From contig OY760907.1 in the NCBI GenBank assembly GCA_963664195.1, positions 3,264,001 to 3,328,000 on the forward strand: 64,000 bases of DNA. The letters are read 5' to 3'. Origin of the DNA: an uncultured candidate division Zixibacteria bacterium (GTDB lineage: Bacteria; Zixibacteria; MSB-5A5; GN15; FEB-12). The notes below the pieces were generated by a model, which saw nothing but the letters and a program-made list of their open reading frames with translations, was not told where the DNA came from and ran no database searches. The position numbers were made by a program, and so were the translations under genes. Shown piece after piece: positions 30,538 to 40,869 of the stretch; positions within the stretch are counted from its first letter, which is position 1, and each line of letters begins with the position of its first letter.

Positions 30538-30609
30538 TACCCCCGTCAGGAATCGAACCTGAATTCCCGGCTCCGGAGGCCGGTGCGTTATCCGTTACAC
30601 CACGGGGGC
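30538..30609 (-). tRNA. tRNA-Arg (anticodon CCG), CCA not encoded
   Basis: GCCCCCG acceptor / CGGGGGT-A, D-arm GGTGTAACGGATAAC, anticodon arm CCGGC-CTCCGGA-GCCGG, T-arm TCAGG-TTCGATT-CCTGA. Confidence 0.95.
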
Positions 30610-30863
30610 AGATCCTAAATCGAGATGTCGCCACACATGCAAGACGGTGTTGTCTGAGGGCGGCGGACCTATACATATCACAAAGCGCAGGTTAAGGCAA
30701 CAGGAATTTCCGTCAAATCGAGGCGGACAAAAACTGTCGGAGGCCGCCCAGTTTTGGATTGCATTACGGGGGGGATGCCGTATACTGAGGATTCCCTTCG
30801 GCCGGGTACTATTGCAGACGTCGGCCGGCGAGCTTAACCAATTGGAATGTAAGGATTTGATCG

Positions 30864-32582
30864 ATGCGGTGGAGCCAATCATACTTACCGACTTTGCGGG
30901 AGAAACAGACCGAAGCCGAACTGATTTCTCATCAATTGTTGCTTCGCGGCGGCTATATCCGCAAACTGGCCGCGGGCGTCTATTTGTATCTGCCGCTCAT
31001 GCAGCGAGTGATCCAGAAGTTTTCAGACATCGTGCGCGACGAAATGAACAAGGCCGGCGCGCTCGAGATTACGATGTCCGTGCTCTGTCCTGCTGAATTG
31101 TGGCAGGAGTCCGGTCGTTACGATACGGTCGGCAAAGAGCAGATGCGCCTTAAGGACCGTCACATGCACGACATGGTCCTTTGCGGCACGCATGAGGAGA
31201 CGGTCACCAAGCTGATCGCCGGTGAGGTACGCAGTTACAAGCAACTGCCGTTGAATCTCTACCAGATACAGGTCAAGTTCCGCGATGAGATCCGTCCACG
31301 TTTCGGCCTCATGCGGGGGCGCGAGTTCATCATGAAGGACGCGTATACGTTTGACGCCACCGAGGAATCGTTTGCGAAAAGCTACCAGGGAATGGTTGAC
31401 GCGTATTTCAACGTCTTCAAGCGGGCTGGCCTCGATGTCCTCAAAGTCGAATCTGACACCGGCGCTATGGGAGGCAAAGCCGCACATGAATTCATGTTGT
31501 TGGTGGATACCGATGCCGGTGAAGAGAAAATAGCAGCCTGCACCAAGTGCGAATACGCGGCCAATGTCGAGAAAGCCGAGGTCAAGGACTCCGCCAGGCC
31601 GGAGATTGACACCGAACTGAGAGACAAGGAAACAGTCGATACTCCGGGAGCAGCAACTATTGAAGAGGTTACGGCTTTTTTGAAAGTCGATTCGACTCAT
31701 CTGGCCAAGACACTTATCTACATGGCCGATGGCAAACCGGTAGCGGCGATGGTTCGCGGTGATCGCGAACTGAACGAAATCAAGTTGAAGAACGCTGTCG
31801 GGGCAGTCGAGTTGGACATGGCCAGCGAGGAAGATGTCCTCAAGTACACCGGCGCTCCGGTTGGTTTTGCCGGCCCGGTTGGACTGAAGGATGTGCAAAT
31901 CGTTGTGGATCCCCTCGTTGCGGAGTTGAGGAACTTCGTCGTGGGGGCGAACGAAAACGAAAAGCATGTTCTCAATGTCAACATCGACAGAGATTTCAGG
32001 GCCGACTTGATTGTCGACCTGTCGACTGCCCGCGAGGGTGACCTCTGTCCGAAGTGTGGTGGGCCGTTGACGGTAAAGGACGGTATTGAGGTTGGCAACA
32101 CGTTCCAGCTCGGGACCAAGTACGCTGAGACCCTCGGAGCCAAATTCCTCGATACTGAGGGGAATGAACATCCATGCATTATGGGATCGTACGGTATCGG
32201 TATCACAAGAACGCCGCAGGCTGCCCTGGAGAAATACTCCGATGACAACGGGATTATTTGGCCGAAAAATATCGCCCCGTATCTTGTGGAGCTGATTCCC
32301 CTCCAGATGGGTAAGGAAAACGTCGTTGAGGCGGCTGAGAAAGTCTACAAAGAGCTTCAGGAGGCCGGTATTGACGTCCTGATGGACGACCGTCAGGAGC
32401 GGGCTGGAGTCAAATTCAACGATGCTGACCTGATTGGCATGCCTATCAGGATCACAATCGGAGATAAGTCGCTACAGCAGGGCAAGATAGAGATGAAAGC
32501 ACGCTCCGCGGAGCAGGTTGATCTGGTTCCGGTGGACGGAATCGTCGAGGCTGTCCGGGCACTTGCCGAGCGGATCAATTAG
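30864..32582 (+). CDS. proS: Proline--tRNA ligase (bacterial type with editing insertion)
   Basis: SHQLLLRGG, FRDEIRPRFGLMRGREF, YbaK-like insertion, GSYGIG. Confidence 0.98.
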   Translation: MRWSQSYLPTLREKQTEAELISHQLLLRGGYIRKLAAGVYLYLPLMQRVIQKFSDIVRDEMNKAGALEITMSVLCPAELWQESGRYDTVGKEQMRLKDRHMHDMVLCGTHEETVTKLIAGEVRSYKQLPLNLYQIQVKFRDEIRPRFGLMRGREFIMKDAYTFDATEESFAKSYQGMVDAYFNVFKRAGLDVLKVESDTGAMGGKAAHEFMLLVDTDAGEEKIAACTKCEYAANVEKAEVKDSARPEIDTELRDKETVDTPGAATIEEVTAFLKVDSTHLAKTLIYMADGKPVAAMVRGDRELNEIKLKNAVGAVELDMASEEDVLKYTGAPVGFAGPVGLKDVQIVVDPLVAELRNFVVGANENEKHVLNVNIDRDFRADLIVDLSTAREGDLCPKCGGPLTVKDGIEVGNTFQLGTKYAETLGAKFLDTEGNEHPCIMGSYGIGITRTPQAALEKYSDDNGIIWPKNIAPYLVELIPLQMGKENVVEAAEKVYKELQEAGIDVLMDDRQERAGVKFNDADLIGMPIRITIGDKSLQQGKIEMKARSAEQVDLVPVDGIVEAVRALAERIN

Positions 32583-32633
32583 CTGATAATTTTGTTGCGC
32601 TATAAGGAGTTAATCCTTATCATACTCAGCTTG

Positions 32634-32663
32634 AAGAGTGGGCCGGAGCCCACTCTTTTGTTT
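32634..32663 (+). promoter_or_regulatory. rimP leader-like terminator hairpin (putative NusA-responsive attenuator)
   Basis: AAGAGTGGGC-CGGA-GCCCACTCTT-TTGTTT, just downstream of a TTGCGC-17-TATCAT promoter candidate (32595-32623) and 20 bp before rimP; matches the known position and GGGC/GCCC core of rimP leaders. Confidence 0.75.
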
Positions 32664-32683
32664 AGGCTGTCTAAGCGAGGTCA

Positions 32684-33130
32684 ATGAAGGACGAGACTAA
32701 ACAGGAGTTGGCGGGTCTTATTGTGGACCCACTGGCACAAGCCGGCTATGAACTAGCCGATGTGGTGCTGTCGCATTACAAGAGTAATGTGACAGTACGG
32801 GTATTTGTGTATGGGAGTGAGGGGGTCACTCTTGATGCGTGTGCCCGATTGTCACGACTTGTGGGCGACGTCATTGAGGAGACGGAGTTGTTCGCCGACG
32901 GCTACACGCTTGAGGTGTCTTCGCCCGGTTTGGACAGGCCGCTGAAGACCGCCCGGGATTTTAAGTATCGGGTAGGCGAGACGGTCAAAATAGAGTTTGT
33001 AGAGAAGGCCAGGAAGCGATTACGGGCGGAGATTGTCTCCGCAGATGACCACAGTGTGACCCTGAAGCAGGGTGACGAGGCGGTCACGATCGACCTGACG
33101 GATATAGAAATGGCAAAAATCGTTTTTTGA
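32684..33130 (+). CDS. rimP: Ribosome maturation factor RimP
   Basis: YTLEVSSPGLDRPL; first gene before nusA. Confidence 0.96.
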   Translation: MKDETKQELAGLIVDPLAQAGYELADVVLSHYKSNVTVRVFVYGSEGVTLDACARLSRLVGDVIEETELFADGYTLEVSSPGLDRPLKTARDFKYRVGETVKIEFVEKARKRLRAEIVSADDHSVTLKQGDEAVTIDLTDIEMAKIVF

Positions 33131-33143
33131 TGGAGAATTCCTG

Positions 33144-34679
33144 ATGCCGTTTGATATGGTAGAAGCAATGACGCTGATCGCCAGGGAGAAAAACATCGAC
33201 TTCGATACAGTGGTGGAAACCCTGGAGGAGAGCCTTCTGGTCGCCGCCAAAAAGAAGTACGACAACATTGACAATATTTCGTTCAGGTTTGATCGCAAGA
33301 CTAACGAACTGTTCATGATTATGACCAAGAAGGTGGTTGATAACGTCGCCGAGGCGAATCTCGAGATCAGTCTCGATGAAGCCAAGGAAATCGACGACAC
33401 CGCCGAGCTTGGCGACGAGTTGGACATCTATCTTGACTACGAGGCCGAGTTCGGACGGAACGCTATCGCCTCCGCCAAACAGATTCTGATCCAGAAAATC
33501 CGCGACGTAGAGCACGAGCGCATCTATGACGAGTTCATTGACAAAGTCAACACGCTCGTATCCGGCGTCGTGCAGCAGATCGACAAGGGCAACGTGATTG
33601 TCAATCTCGGCCGCGGCGAGGCTATCCTGCCGATCCGCGAGCAGATTCCGCGTGAGAAATTCCGACAGGGAGACCGCGTCCGCGCCTATATTTTGGACGT
33701 ACAGAAGTCGCCTCGGGGTCCGCAGGTGATTCTCTCCCGCGTAAGCAACGACTTCCTTAAAGCGCTGTTCGCTATTGAAGTGCCGGAGATTTACGAACGT
33801 ATTATCGAGATTAAGGCAATCGCCCGCGAACCAGGGGAACGCGCCAAGATCGCCGTGTATTCATCCGATGATCGGATTGATCCAGTGGGTGCCTGTGTGG
33901 GCATTAAGGGTGTTCGCGTTCAGTCGATCGTCCGTGAGGTCAATAACGAGCGCATTGATATTGTACCGTACACCTCCAGCCCCGAAGTGTTTGTGACACG
34001 TGCTCTCGCCCCGGCCCGGGTGGTGAGTATTGATACGTTTGATCTTGAGAAGAAGATGACGGTCGTGGTCGAGGACGATAAGCTCTCGCTCGCCATTGGT
34101 CGTAACGGCCAGAACGCGCGGTTGGCCTCAAAGCTGACCGGCTGGAAGGTCAATATTCTCTCAGAGTCGCAATACAACGACGAGAAGAAGCGTGAAGCCG
34201 AGATGTTGATGCCGGTGGGGCAGGTTGATGGGATAGGTGGCAAGATTCGCGACCGCCTTATCGAGGCTGACATCAGCACGGTCCAGCGCCTGGCTCAGGC
34301 ATCGGTTGAGACGCTCACCAAGATCGAGGGGGTTGGCCAACGGACGGCTGAGACGCTTATCGAACGCGCCCAGGATATCGTTGTCGAACTTGAAGAAGAA
34401 TACACGGCCCGTGAGGCCGAGCGCAAAGCTGAAGAGCCTGAGCAGGAAGATGACAGGCTTGAAGAGAGCGATGTTTTCGCCGAAGAAGGCGAATTCGTGA
34501 CGGAGGAAGACGACGTTCTCGAGGCCGAGGCACCTGATCTTGACGAAGTTGAAGAAGACGAGGTGACTGAGCCGGACGCAGAGGAGGACGAATCTCTCGA
34601 GGCTGAGGCTCCTGCTCCTGACGAGGATGAAGAAGATGAGGCAAGTGAGCCGGACGCAGAGGAAAAGGAAACTGAGTGA
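33144..34679 (+). CDS. nusA: Transcription termination factor NusA with acidic C-terminal tail
   Basis: FGRNAIASAKQ, S1 and KH domains, AREPGERAK, AIGRNGQNARLA, HhH region. Confidence 0.98.
   Translation: MPFDMVEAMTLIAREKNIDFDTVVETLEESLLVAAKKKYDNIDNISFRFDRKTNELFMIMTKKVVDNVAEANLEISLDEAKEIDDTAELGDELDIYLDYEAEFGRNAIASAKQILIQKIRDVEHERIYDEFIDKVNTLVSGVVQQIDKGNVIVNLGRGEAILPIREQIPREKFRQGDRVRAYILDVQKSPRGPQVILSRVSNDFLKALFAIEVPEIYERIIEIKAIAREPGERAKIAVYSSDDRIDPVGACVGIKGVRVQSIVREVNNERIDIVPYTSSPEVFVTRALAPARVVSIDTFDLEKKMTVVVEDDKLSLAIGRNGQNARLASKLTGWKVNILSESQYNDEKKREAEMLMPVGQVDGIGGKIRDRLIEADISTVQRLAQASVETLTKIEGVGQRTAETLIERAQDIVVELEEEYTAREAERKAEEPEQEDDRLEESDVFAEEGEFVTEEDDVLEAEAPDLDEVEEDEVTEPDAEEDESLEAEAPAPDEDEEDEASEPDAEEKETE
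34518..34663 (+). repeat. Imperfect 78-bp tandem duplication in the nusA 3' end
   Basis: LEAEAPDLDEVEEDEVTEPDAEE / LEAEAPAPDEDEEDEASEPDAEE; CTCGAGG at 34518 and 34596. Confidence 0.85.
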
Positions 34680-34740
34680 TAATTCAGTGCAGATCATTAC
34701 GGGTCAGGACAGACCCTTATTTTCGCGGAGGTAGGAACGC

Positions 34741-37239
34741 ATGGTAGCCGTCACTAAGAGAATCTATGAATTGGCTAAAGAGTACCGAGTCTCTTCCCAT
34801 GCGATGCTGAAAATCGTGCAGGAATTGGGCTTCACTCCGAAGTCACACATGTCGATCGCGCCTCCGGATATGATCAATGCGGTCAGCCTGAAGTTTGCCC
34901 AGGAGAAACAGCAGGCCAAACGAGAGATGCGCGAGAAGGAAGCCGCCGCCAAAGAAGCTGCGAGGCTTAAGAGTGAAGCGGAGGCCAAGGCGCGCGAGGA
35001 AGCTCGTGCGAAAGCGCACCAGAAAGCCCGCGAAGAGGCCCAGGCCAAAGCAGCGGCCAAGGTCAAGGCCGGTATACCGGTCAGAAAGGCCGAGCCCAGA
35101 ACGGCTCCGATCGGCGGCAAGGTAAGGACCAAGGCGCGTCCGGCCGAAGCACAGGCCCAGCCGGACACTCCGGCCCCTGCCCCGTCAGCGAGACCGGCGA
35201 CTCCCGGCACGAGACCTGCAGCTCCAGCCAAATCTCCATCCAAGATAGTCGCCAAAACCGAGGTCTCAGCCGGGACTACCGGTAAACCGATGGATGTCGC
35301 CGGCTTGTTCAAAAAGGCCGAGAAGAAAAAGAAACGTAAAGACCGTCGGAAGAAGAAAGACTTGCGCGTTGTCGACCAGACCGAGGTCGCGAAGAGTTTC
35401 CGTGCCACCATGGCCAATCTGGGGGGCGGCAAAGGCAAGAAGAAGTACAAGCGAACATCCCAGAATGGTGAGGATGGTGCTCCCGAATTCACCAACGTCA
35501 TTGAGGTGAACGAATACATGTCGGTGGCCGAGTTGGCCAACCTCATGGACCGTAAGGCCGCTGAAGTTGTTGCCAAGCTGCTTGAGATGGGAATGATGGC
35601 AACCATTAATCAGCGTCTGGACATGGACACGATCGAGATGTTGGCTTCCGAGTTTGGATTCGACACCAAGGCCATGGCCGAGATTGGCGAAGAAGTCCGC
35701 CAGGAGGAAATCGAAGAGAATCTCGTTCAGCGTGCGCCAGTAGTAACGGTCATGGGACACGTCGATCACGGCAAAACCTCGTTGCTTGATTATGTGCGCG
35801 AAACCAACGTGGTAAGTGGCGAAGCGGGCGCTATCACCCAGCATATCGGTGCATACGAAATACACCACAAAGGCAAGAAAGTGATTTTCCTCGATACGCC
35901 GGGTCACGAGGCCTTCACGGCCATGCGCGCCCGTGGTACTCAGATCACAGACATCGTCGTACTCATCGTAGCAGCTGATGAAGGTATCCGCCCACAGACA
36001 ATTGAGGCGATAGATCACGCCCGCGCAGGCGGTGTGCCGATAATCGTTGCGATTAGTAAAATAGACAAACCGGCAGCGAATCAGGATGATGTCAAAACGC
36101 AATTGGCCAACCGCAACCTGCTCGTTGAGGATTGGGGCGGTAAGGTTATTGCTGTCGGGATTTCGTCCAAAACCGGTGAGGGTATTGACAAACTTCTGGA
36201 GATGATTCTCATACAGGCCGAAATGATGGACCTCAAAGCCGATCCGACCATTCGCGGCCAGGGAGTTATTGTCGAGTCCCGTCTGGAAAAGGGTCGCGGT
36301 CCGGTTGCCACGGTACTCATTCAGCGCGGTACCTGCAAAGTCGGCAACACGATCGTTGCGGGTGTTCACAGCGGACATATCCGTACGATCGTGGACGATC
36401 GTGACCGCAAGCTCAAAGAAATCGGCCCGTCGACACCTGCGCAGATAACCGGTTTGTCCGGTGTGCCACAGGCCGGTGACAGTTTCCTTGTGGCAGTCGA
36501 TGATCAGGAAGCCCGTGAGATCACGATCAAGCGCAGCCAGGTGAAACGCGAGTACGACTCGCGCCGTCCGCAGGGCCCGGTTACTCTGGATCGCATTTTC
36601 GATCAGATTCAGGAAGGTCAGATCAAGGAAGTTCGCCTCATTATCAAGGGTGACGTGGACGGCTCAGTCGAGGTGCTTTCCGATACGCTCGGTAAGATTG
36701 CGACCGAGGAAGTCAAGACGAATATTATTCGCGACGGTGTTGGTGCAATTACTGAATCCGACGTTCTCCTGGCAGCGGCGTCGGACGCCATTATTATAGG
36801 CTTCCAGGTTTCTCCCGACCTCAGGGCACGCGAACTGGCCAAGCAGGAAAAAGTCGATATCCGTCTGTACGACATCATTTACGAGGCAGAGAACGATGTC
36901 AAGAAGGCGCTCGAGGGCCTGCTGGCTCCGACGCTCAAAGAAGAGTTTGTTGGCTCTGCCGAAGTGCGGGAAGTCTTCAAGGTTCCGAAGATTGGTCTGA
37001 TTGCCGGCTGCTACGTCAAGAGCGGGCGGATAAATCGCAAGGACAAGGTCAGATTGCTGCGAAACGGCAAGCTGGTATACTCGGGAGCGGTTTCCTCGCT
37101 GAGACGTTTCAAAGATGACGCCAAGGAAGTGAAGGAAGGCTTCGAGTGTGGTATCGGTATTGAGAACTTCAACGACGTCAAAGTAGGAGACATGATCGAA
37201 GCGATCGAGATCGTCGAAATCGCCCGGACGCTTGGTTAG
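34741..37239 (+). CDS. infB: Translation initiation factor IF-2
   Basis: GHVDHGKT, DTPGHEAF, KGDVDGS, GFECGI. Confidence 0.99.
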   Translation: MVAVTKRIYELAKEYRVSSHAMLKIVQELGFTPKSHMSIAPPDMINAVSLKFAQEKQQAKREMREKEAAAKEAARLKSEAEAKAREEARAKAHQKAREEAQAKAAAKVKAGIPVRKAEPRTAPIGGKVRTKARPAEAQAQPDTPAPAPSARPATPGTRPAAPAKSPSKIVAKTEVSAGTTGKPMDVAGLFKKAEKKKKRKDRRKKKDLRVVDQTEVAKSFRATMANLGGGKGKKKYKRTSQNGEDGAPEFTNVIEVNEYMSVAELANLMDRKAAEVVAKLLEMGMMATINQRLDMDTIEMLASEFGFDTKAMAEIGEEVRQEEIEENLVQRAPVVTVMGHVDHGKTSLLDYVRETNVVSGEAGAITQHIGAYEIHHKGKKVIFLDTPGHEAFTAMRARGTQITDIVVLIVAADEGIRPQTIEAIDHARAGGVPIIVAISKIDKPAANQDDVKTQLANRNLLVEDWGGKVIAVGISSKTGEGIDKLLEMILIQAEMMDLKADPTIRGQGVIVESRLEKGRGPVATVLIQRGTCKVGNTIVAGVHSGHIRTIVDDRDRKLKEIGPSTPAQITGLSGVPQAGDSFLVAVDDQEAREITIKRSQVKREYDSRRPQGPVTLDRIFDQIQEGQIKEVRLIIKGDVDGSVEVLSDTLGKIATEEVKTNIIRDGVGAITESDVLLAAASDAIIIGFQVSPDLRARELAKQEKVDIRLYDIIYEAENDVKKALEGLLAPTLKEEFVGSAEVREVFKVPKIGLIAGCYVKSGRINRKDKVRLLRNGKLVYSGAVSSLRRFKDDAKEVKEGFECGIGIENFNDVKVGDMIEAIEIVEIARTLG

Positions 37240-37351
37240 CGTTCGGCCACGGACTCGGCATCTCACAGCCGACGGCAAGCACAGACGCCATAGAGGGGCA
37301 TCGCCAACGACTACGCACAGCTATCGAGACTGGTCCTGATCAATATACACC

Positions 37352-37711
37352 ATGAGACAGTTCAAGAGATCACAGAGACTTGGCGAACAGATTCACCGCG
37401 ATATCTCGCAGCTACTGGAGCGAGACCTCGCGGATTTTGCCGGGGGAATGGTCACGTTTACCCGCGTCAAGATGACCGATGACCTTCGATACGCCAAAGT
37501 CTATTATTCGTTCCTCGGCAGCCCCGAGGATCGAGTCCGAGTTGACGAGTATCTTGCCCGTCGAAGAAACAAGATTCGCCATGACATCGGCAAAAACCTG
37601 CGAGTGCGCAACATACCAGAGTTGACCTTCAAGTTTGATCCCTCGGTGGAAGAAGGTCTTCGAATCGAACAGCTTCTGAATGAGATCAACGATGAACGCG
37701 ATGCGCAGTAA
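37352..37711 (+). CDS. rbfA: Ribosome-binding factor A
   Basis: DLRYAKVY, RNIPELTFKFDPS. Confidence 0.95.
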   Translation: MRQFKRSQRLGEQIHRDISQLLERDLADFAGGMVTFTRVKMTDDLRYAKVYYSFLGSPEDRVRVDEYLARRRNKIRHDIGKNLRVRNIPELTFKFDPSVEEGLRIEQLLNEINDERDAQ

Positions 37712-38705
37712 TATCAGCGGCAAAACGGCCTCTCCAATCCACCGAATTCGCGAGGTGCTGGAGAAATCCCGACGAGTCCTCGTCGTCTCTCACACCGAGC
37801 CCGATGGTGACGCGCTGGGTACCCAGTTGGCCATGGGGCAATACCTCAAGGATTCCGGCAAGGAAGTTTTCCTGGTCAGGGATTCGGAGATTCCGGGCAA
37901 GTATAGATTCATTCCGGGTATTGAGAGCATTCTACCGGCGAGTTCGCTCGGTGACGACCTCAACATTGACACCGCACTGATACTTGAGTGTCCGGTGCTG
38001 AGGCGGGCCGGGTCGGCCGTCCGTTTCTTCAAACACGGCGTCAAGACGGTGAGCATTGACCATCACCGCGACTGCGACAAACACAGCGATGTGAACTGGA
38101 TTGATGTAGGATCGTCCTCGGTTGGTGAAATGGCATTCGAGTATCTTAAGGCGGTCGGGTATGATATTTCGCCCGATGTCGCCGTGCAACTGTACACCGC
38201 TATTCTGACCGATACCGGCAGATTCCGGTACGAGTCCACTTCGCCGCGTACGATGGCGATTGGCGGCGAGTTGATTCGCCTGGGTGCCAATCCGCGCGAA
38301 GTCTGCAACCATATCTATTACGATATGCCACGGTCCACTATGCTCCTGACAGCGAAAGTGCTCGGTAGCATGGAGTATCATCAGGACGGTCGTATTTGTA
38401 TTATGGCGCTGACCAAAGAGATGCTGGCCGCGTCTGGTGCCAAGTCGCACGAGTCCGACGGCCTGGTAGATTTCACGCTCTACACGAGTGGTGTGATGAC
38501 CGGAGCGCTGCTCAAGGAAGTGCATGATAAGAGCACCAAGGTCTCCCTTCGTTCCGGCAACGGCGTGAATGTGGCCCAGGTTGCGGCGGCGTTCGGCGGT
38601 GGCGGGCATTTCAATGCCGCAGGCTGCGAATTGAAGATGCCCCTGGCTGAGGCCAAAGAGACGATTATCAAGATGCTGAAAGAAGCTGATGTCAAAGGGA
38701 AATGA
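37692..38705 (+). CDS. nrnA: DHH/DHHA1 phosphoesterase (nanoRNase/pAp phosphatase NrnA-like)
   Basis: HTEPDGDALG, IDHH, TDTGRF, SLRS, GGGGHFNAAG; start 37692 or 37701. Confidence 0.9.
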   Translation: MNAMRSNISGKTASPIHRIREVLEKSRRVLVVSHTEPDGDALGTQLAMGQYLKDSGKEVFLVRDSEIPGKYRFIPGIESILPASSLGDDLNIDTALILECPVLRRAGSAVRFFKHGVKTVSIDHHRDCDKHSDVNWIDVGSSSVGEMAFEYLKAVGYDISPDVAVQLYTAILTDTGRFRYESTSPRTMAIGGELIRLGANPREVCNHIYYDMPRSTMLLTAKVLGSMEYHQDGRICIMALTKEMLAASGAKSHESDGLVDFTLYTSGVMTGALLKEVHDKSTKVSLRSGNGVNVAQVAAAFGGGGHFNAAGCELKMPLAEAKETIIKMLKEADVKGK

Positions 38706-39639
38706 CAGATACCACGGCGTATTGCTTCTCGATAAGCCGTCGGGCATAACCAGCCACGACGCGGTAAGCAAAGTACGTCGGATAATCCGTCAAAGGTCAA
38801 TCGGACACACCGGCACGCTCGATCCGGCGGCCGAAGGGCTGTTGGTTTTGTGCCTTGGCAGAGCGACGAAAATTTCACGCTTTCTTTCAGCGGACCGCAA
38901 GACATATCAAGCAGAGATGAAGCTTGGTCGCGTTTCGAAGACGTACGATGCAGAAGGTGTCGACGAAAGCACACCGGTCGAACCGATCCCGGCGCTGGAT
39001 GAGGCAGCAATTGAGAATGTTCTCTCCGGATTTAGAGGAGAGATAAGACAACAGGTTCCGTCCTACTCCGCGGTCCACGTGAATGGCAAACGTCTCTATG
39101 AAGCGGCACGCAAAGGCGAAGAAGTGGAAGCCCCCGTCAGGAATGTTACCATCTACCGCCTGGGTCTGCTTTCTCACGCTGATGACAGCATCAGGGTAGA
39201 AGTAGAATGCAGCAAGGGAACGTATATCAGGAGCCTTGCTCATGACATCGGCCAGGTGATTGGTTGCGGTGGTTATCTCAGTCACCTTCAGAGAACGGCT
39301 GCCGGACGTATGGACCTCAGCGCGGCGTTGTCGTTGGAGCAGGTTGAGGAGTTGCACAAACGTGAAGAGTTTGACGCGGCTTTGTTGAACATCGATCGCG
39401 CTCTTGAGTTTGGTGCGGTGACAATTTCTGACGATTTCAGCAGGTATATTCTGCACGGACGGTCGCCGTTTGCGACCGATGTGATTGACGTCGAGGGGAG
39501 TTTCGACGAGGGTGACCGTATATTGGTGAAGCATAGTGACGGCTCGGTTCTTGCGGTTGGCAAGGCCAGACTGTCCTCGCAGCACCTTCACGAACACCGG
39601 CCGGGAGAGATTGTAACTTACGACAGGGTATTGAATTGA
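38689..39639 (+). CDS. truB: tRNA pseudouridine(55) synthase
   Basis: DKPSGITSHD, GHTGTLDP, CSKGTYIRSL, C-terminal PUA. Confidence 0.97.
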   Translation: MSKGNDRYHGVLLLDKPSGITSHDAVSKVRRIIRQRSIGHTGTLDPAAEGLLVLCLGRATKISRFLSADRKTYQAEMKLGRVSKTYDAEGVDESTPVEPIPALDEAAIENVLSGFRGEIRQQVPSYSAVHVNGKRLYEAARKGEEVEAPVRNVTIYRLGLLSHADDSIRVEVECSKGTYIRSLAHDIGQVIGCGGYLSHLQRTAAGRMDLSAALSLEQVEELHKREEFDAALLNIDRALEFGAVTISDDFSRYILHGRSPFATDVIDVEGSFDEGDRILVKHSDGSVLAVGKARLSSQHLHEHRPGEIVTYDRVLN

Positions 39640-40589
39640 CAACCGGGTTCATACGAGGATTGACAAACTACCCCGCTGCACAGCGAGGTTCAACTGTTGT
39701 AACCATAGGCACCTTTGACGGTATTCATCTGGGACACCAGGCCATCCTGCGACGTGTGCGCGAGGTGGCTGACGAAACCGGACTCAAGCCGGTGCTGGTG
39801 ACTTTTCATCCGCACCCGCGTGTGGTGGTATCGCCGAACGCGGTACCGATGCTCCTTACATCGGTAGAGGAGAAGTCGAAATTCGTCCCGCACTTCTTTG
39901 ACGGCGACGTGCTGGTTCTTGAGTTCAACAGGGAGTTGATGAACCTTACCGCTGAAGATTTCGTCAATCGGGTACTTGTGGATACGCTCGGCGTTAAGCA
40001 TCTTGTAGTTGGGTATGATCACGCACTCGGCAAGGACCGTCGCGGAAACACTGATGAGCTGCGCCGACTTGGAGTGGCCAAGGATTTTGATGTCGAGGTT
40101 GTCGGACCGATCATTCATCGCGGTTCGGCGGTTTCTTCGACTCGCATACGTAAGTTAATGTCGGCGGGACCGTACCGGGACGCCCTGGAATTGCTCGGAC
40201 ACGACTATGCGATATATGGCAAGGTAGAACGCGGCCTTGGTCTCGGACGTAAACTCGGATTTCCGACGGCGAATGTAAACTATAGCCTTCGCAAGCTTTT
40301 GCCGCCGGAAGGAGTCTACGCCTGTTGGGTTCAGATTGGCAAGGAAGAGTTCGATGGTATGATGTTCATCGGGCAGAATCATTTCAATCCGACTGCCAAA
40401 CTGTCGGTTGAAGCCAACCTGTTCAACTTTGACCGCGACATATACGATGAGGAAATCGTGGTTTACCCCACGGTATTCATCAGAGAGAACCAACGTTTCG
40501 ACAGCACTGATTTGCTGGTGGAACAGATTCACTCGGACAAAAAGAACGTATTGGATATAGTACAAAGAGGAGAAAAGACATGTCAGTAG
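39636..40589 (+). CDS. ribF: Bifunctional riboflavin kinase/FAD synthetase
   Basis: [30 protein letters not shown]. Confidence 0.96.
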   Translation: MTTGFIRGLTNYPAAQRGSTVVTIGTFDGIHLGHQAILRRVREVADETGLKPVLVTFHPHPRVVVSPNAVPMLLTSVEEKSKFVPHFFDGDVLVLEFNRELMNLTAEDFVNRVLVDTLGVKHLVVGYDHALGKDRRGNTDELRRLGVAKDFDVEVVGPIIHRGSAVSSTRIRKLMSAGPYRDALELLGHDYAIYGKVERGLGLGRKLGFPTANVNYSLRKLLPPEGVYACWVQIGKEEFDGMMFIGQNHFNPTAKLSVEANLFNFDRDIYDEEIVVYPTVFIRENQRFDSTDLLVEQIHSDKKNVLDIVQRGEKTCQ

Positions 40590-40849
40590 ACAAGGCCCGG
40601 AAGGCGGAGATCGTAGAGACTCACCGTCTTCATGAAAGCGATACCGGTTCACCCGAGGTGCAGGTTGCGCTCCTGACGGAACGCATTAATCATCTCACCG
40701 GGCACATGAAGGAACACAAGAAGGATTTTCACACTCGTCATGGCCTGCTGAAATTAGTCGGCCAGAGACGGCGCATGCTCGATTATCTCAAGGATCGTGA
40801 TATTGAGAGCTATCGTGATGTTATCAAACAGCTCGGCATCAGACGCTAA
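40580..40849 (+). CDS. rpsO: 30S ribosomal protein S15
   Basis: [23 protein letters not shown]. Confidence 0.98.
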   Translation: MSVDKARKAEIVETHRLHESDTGSPEVQVALLTERINHLTGHMKEHKKDFHTRHGLLKLVGQRRRMLDYLKDRDIESYRDVIKQLGIRR

Positions 40850-40869
40850 GAGCGAAAGTAGTAGGAAAT

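Noticed and set aside
27923..30609. Genomic island integrated at tRNA-Arg
   Set aside because: No duplicated tRNA 3' end and no integrase found
30610..30863. T-box or riboswitch upstream of proS (also checked leuS)
   Set aside because: No T-box consensus or antiterminator; the leaders are short and contain ordinary promoter candidates
31023..32171. 382-aa antisense ORF (likewise 13757-14719, 35266-36378, 37932-38771, 40975-42069)
   Set aside because: Shadow ORFs opposite well-conserved genes, expected from codon bias; no motifs
37240..37351. Remnant of the DUF503 gene often found between infB and rbfA
   Set aside because: Only 112 bp, no start codon and no convincing similarity
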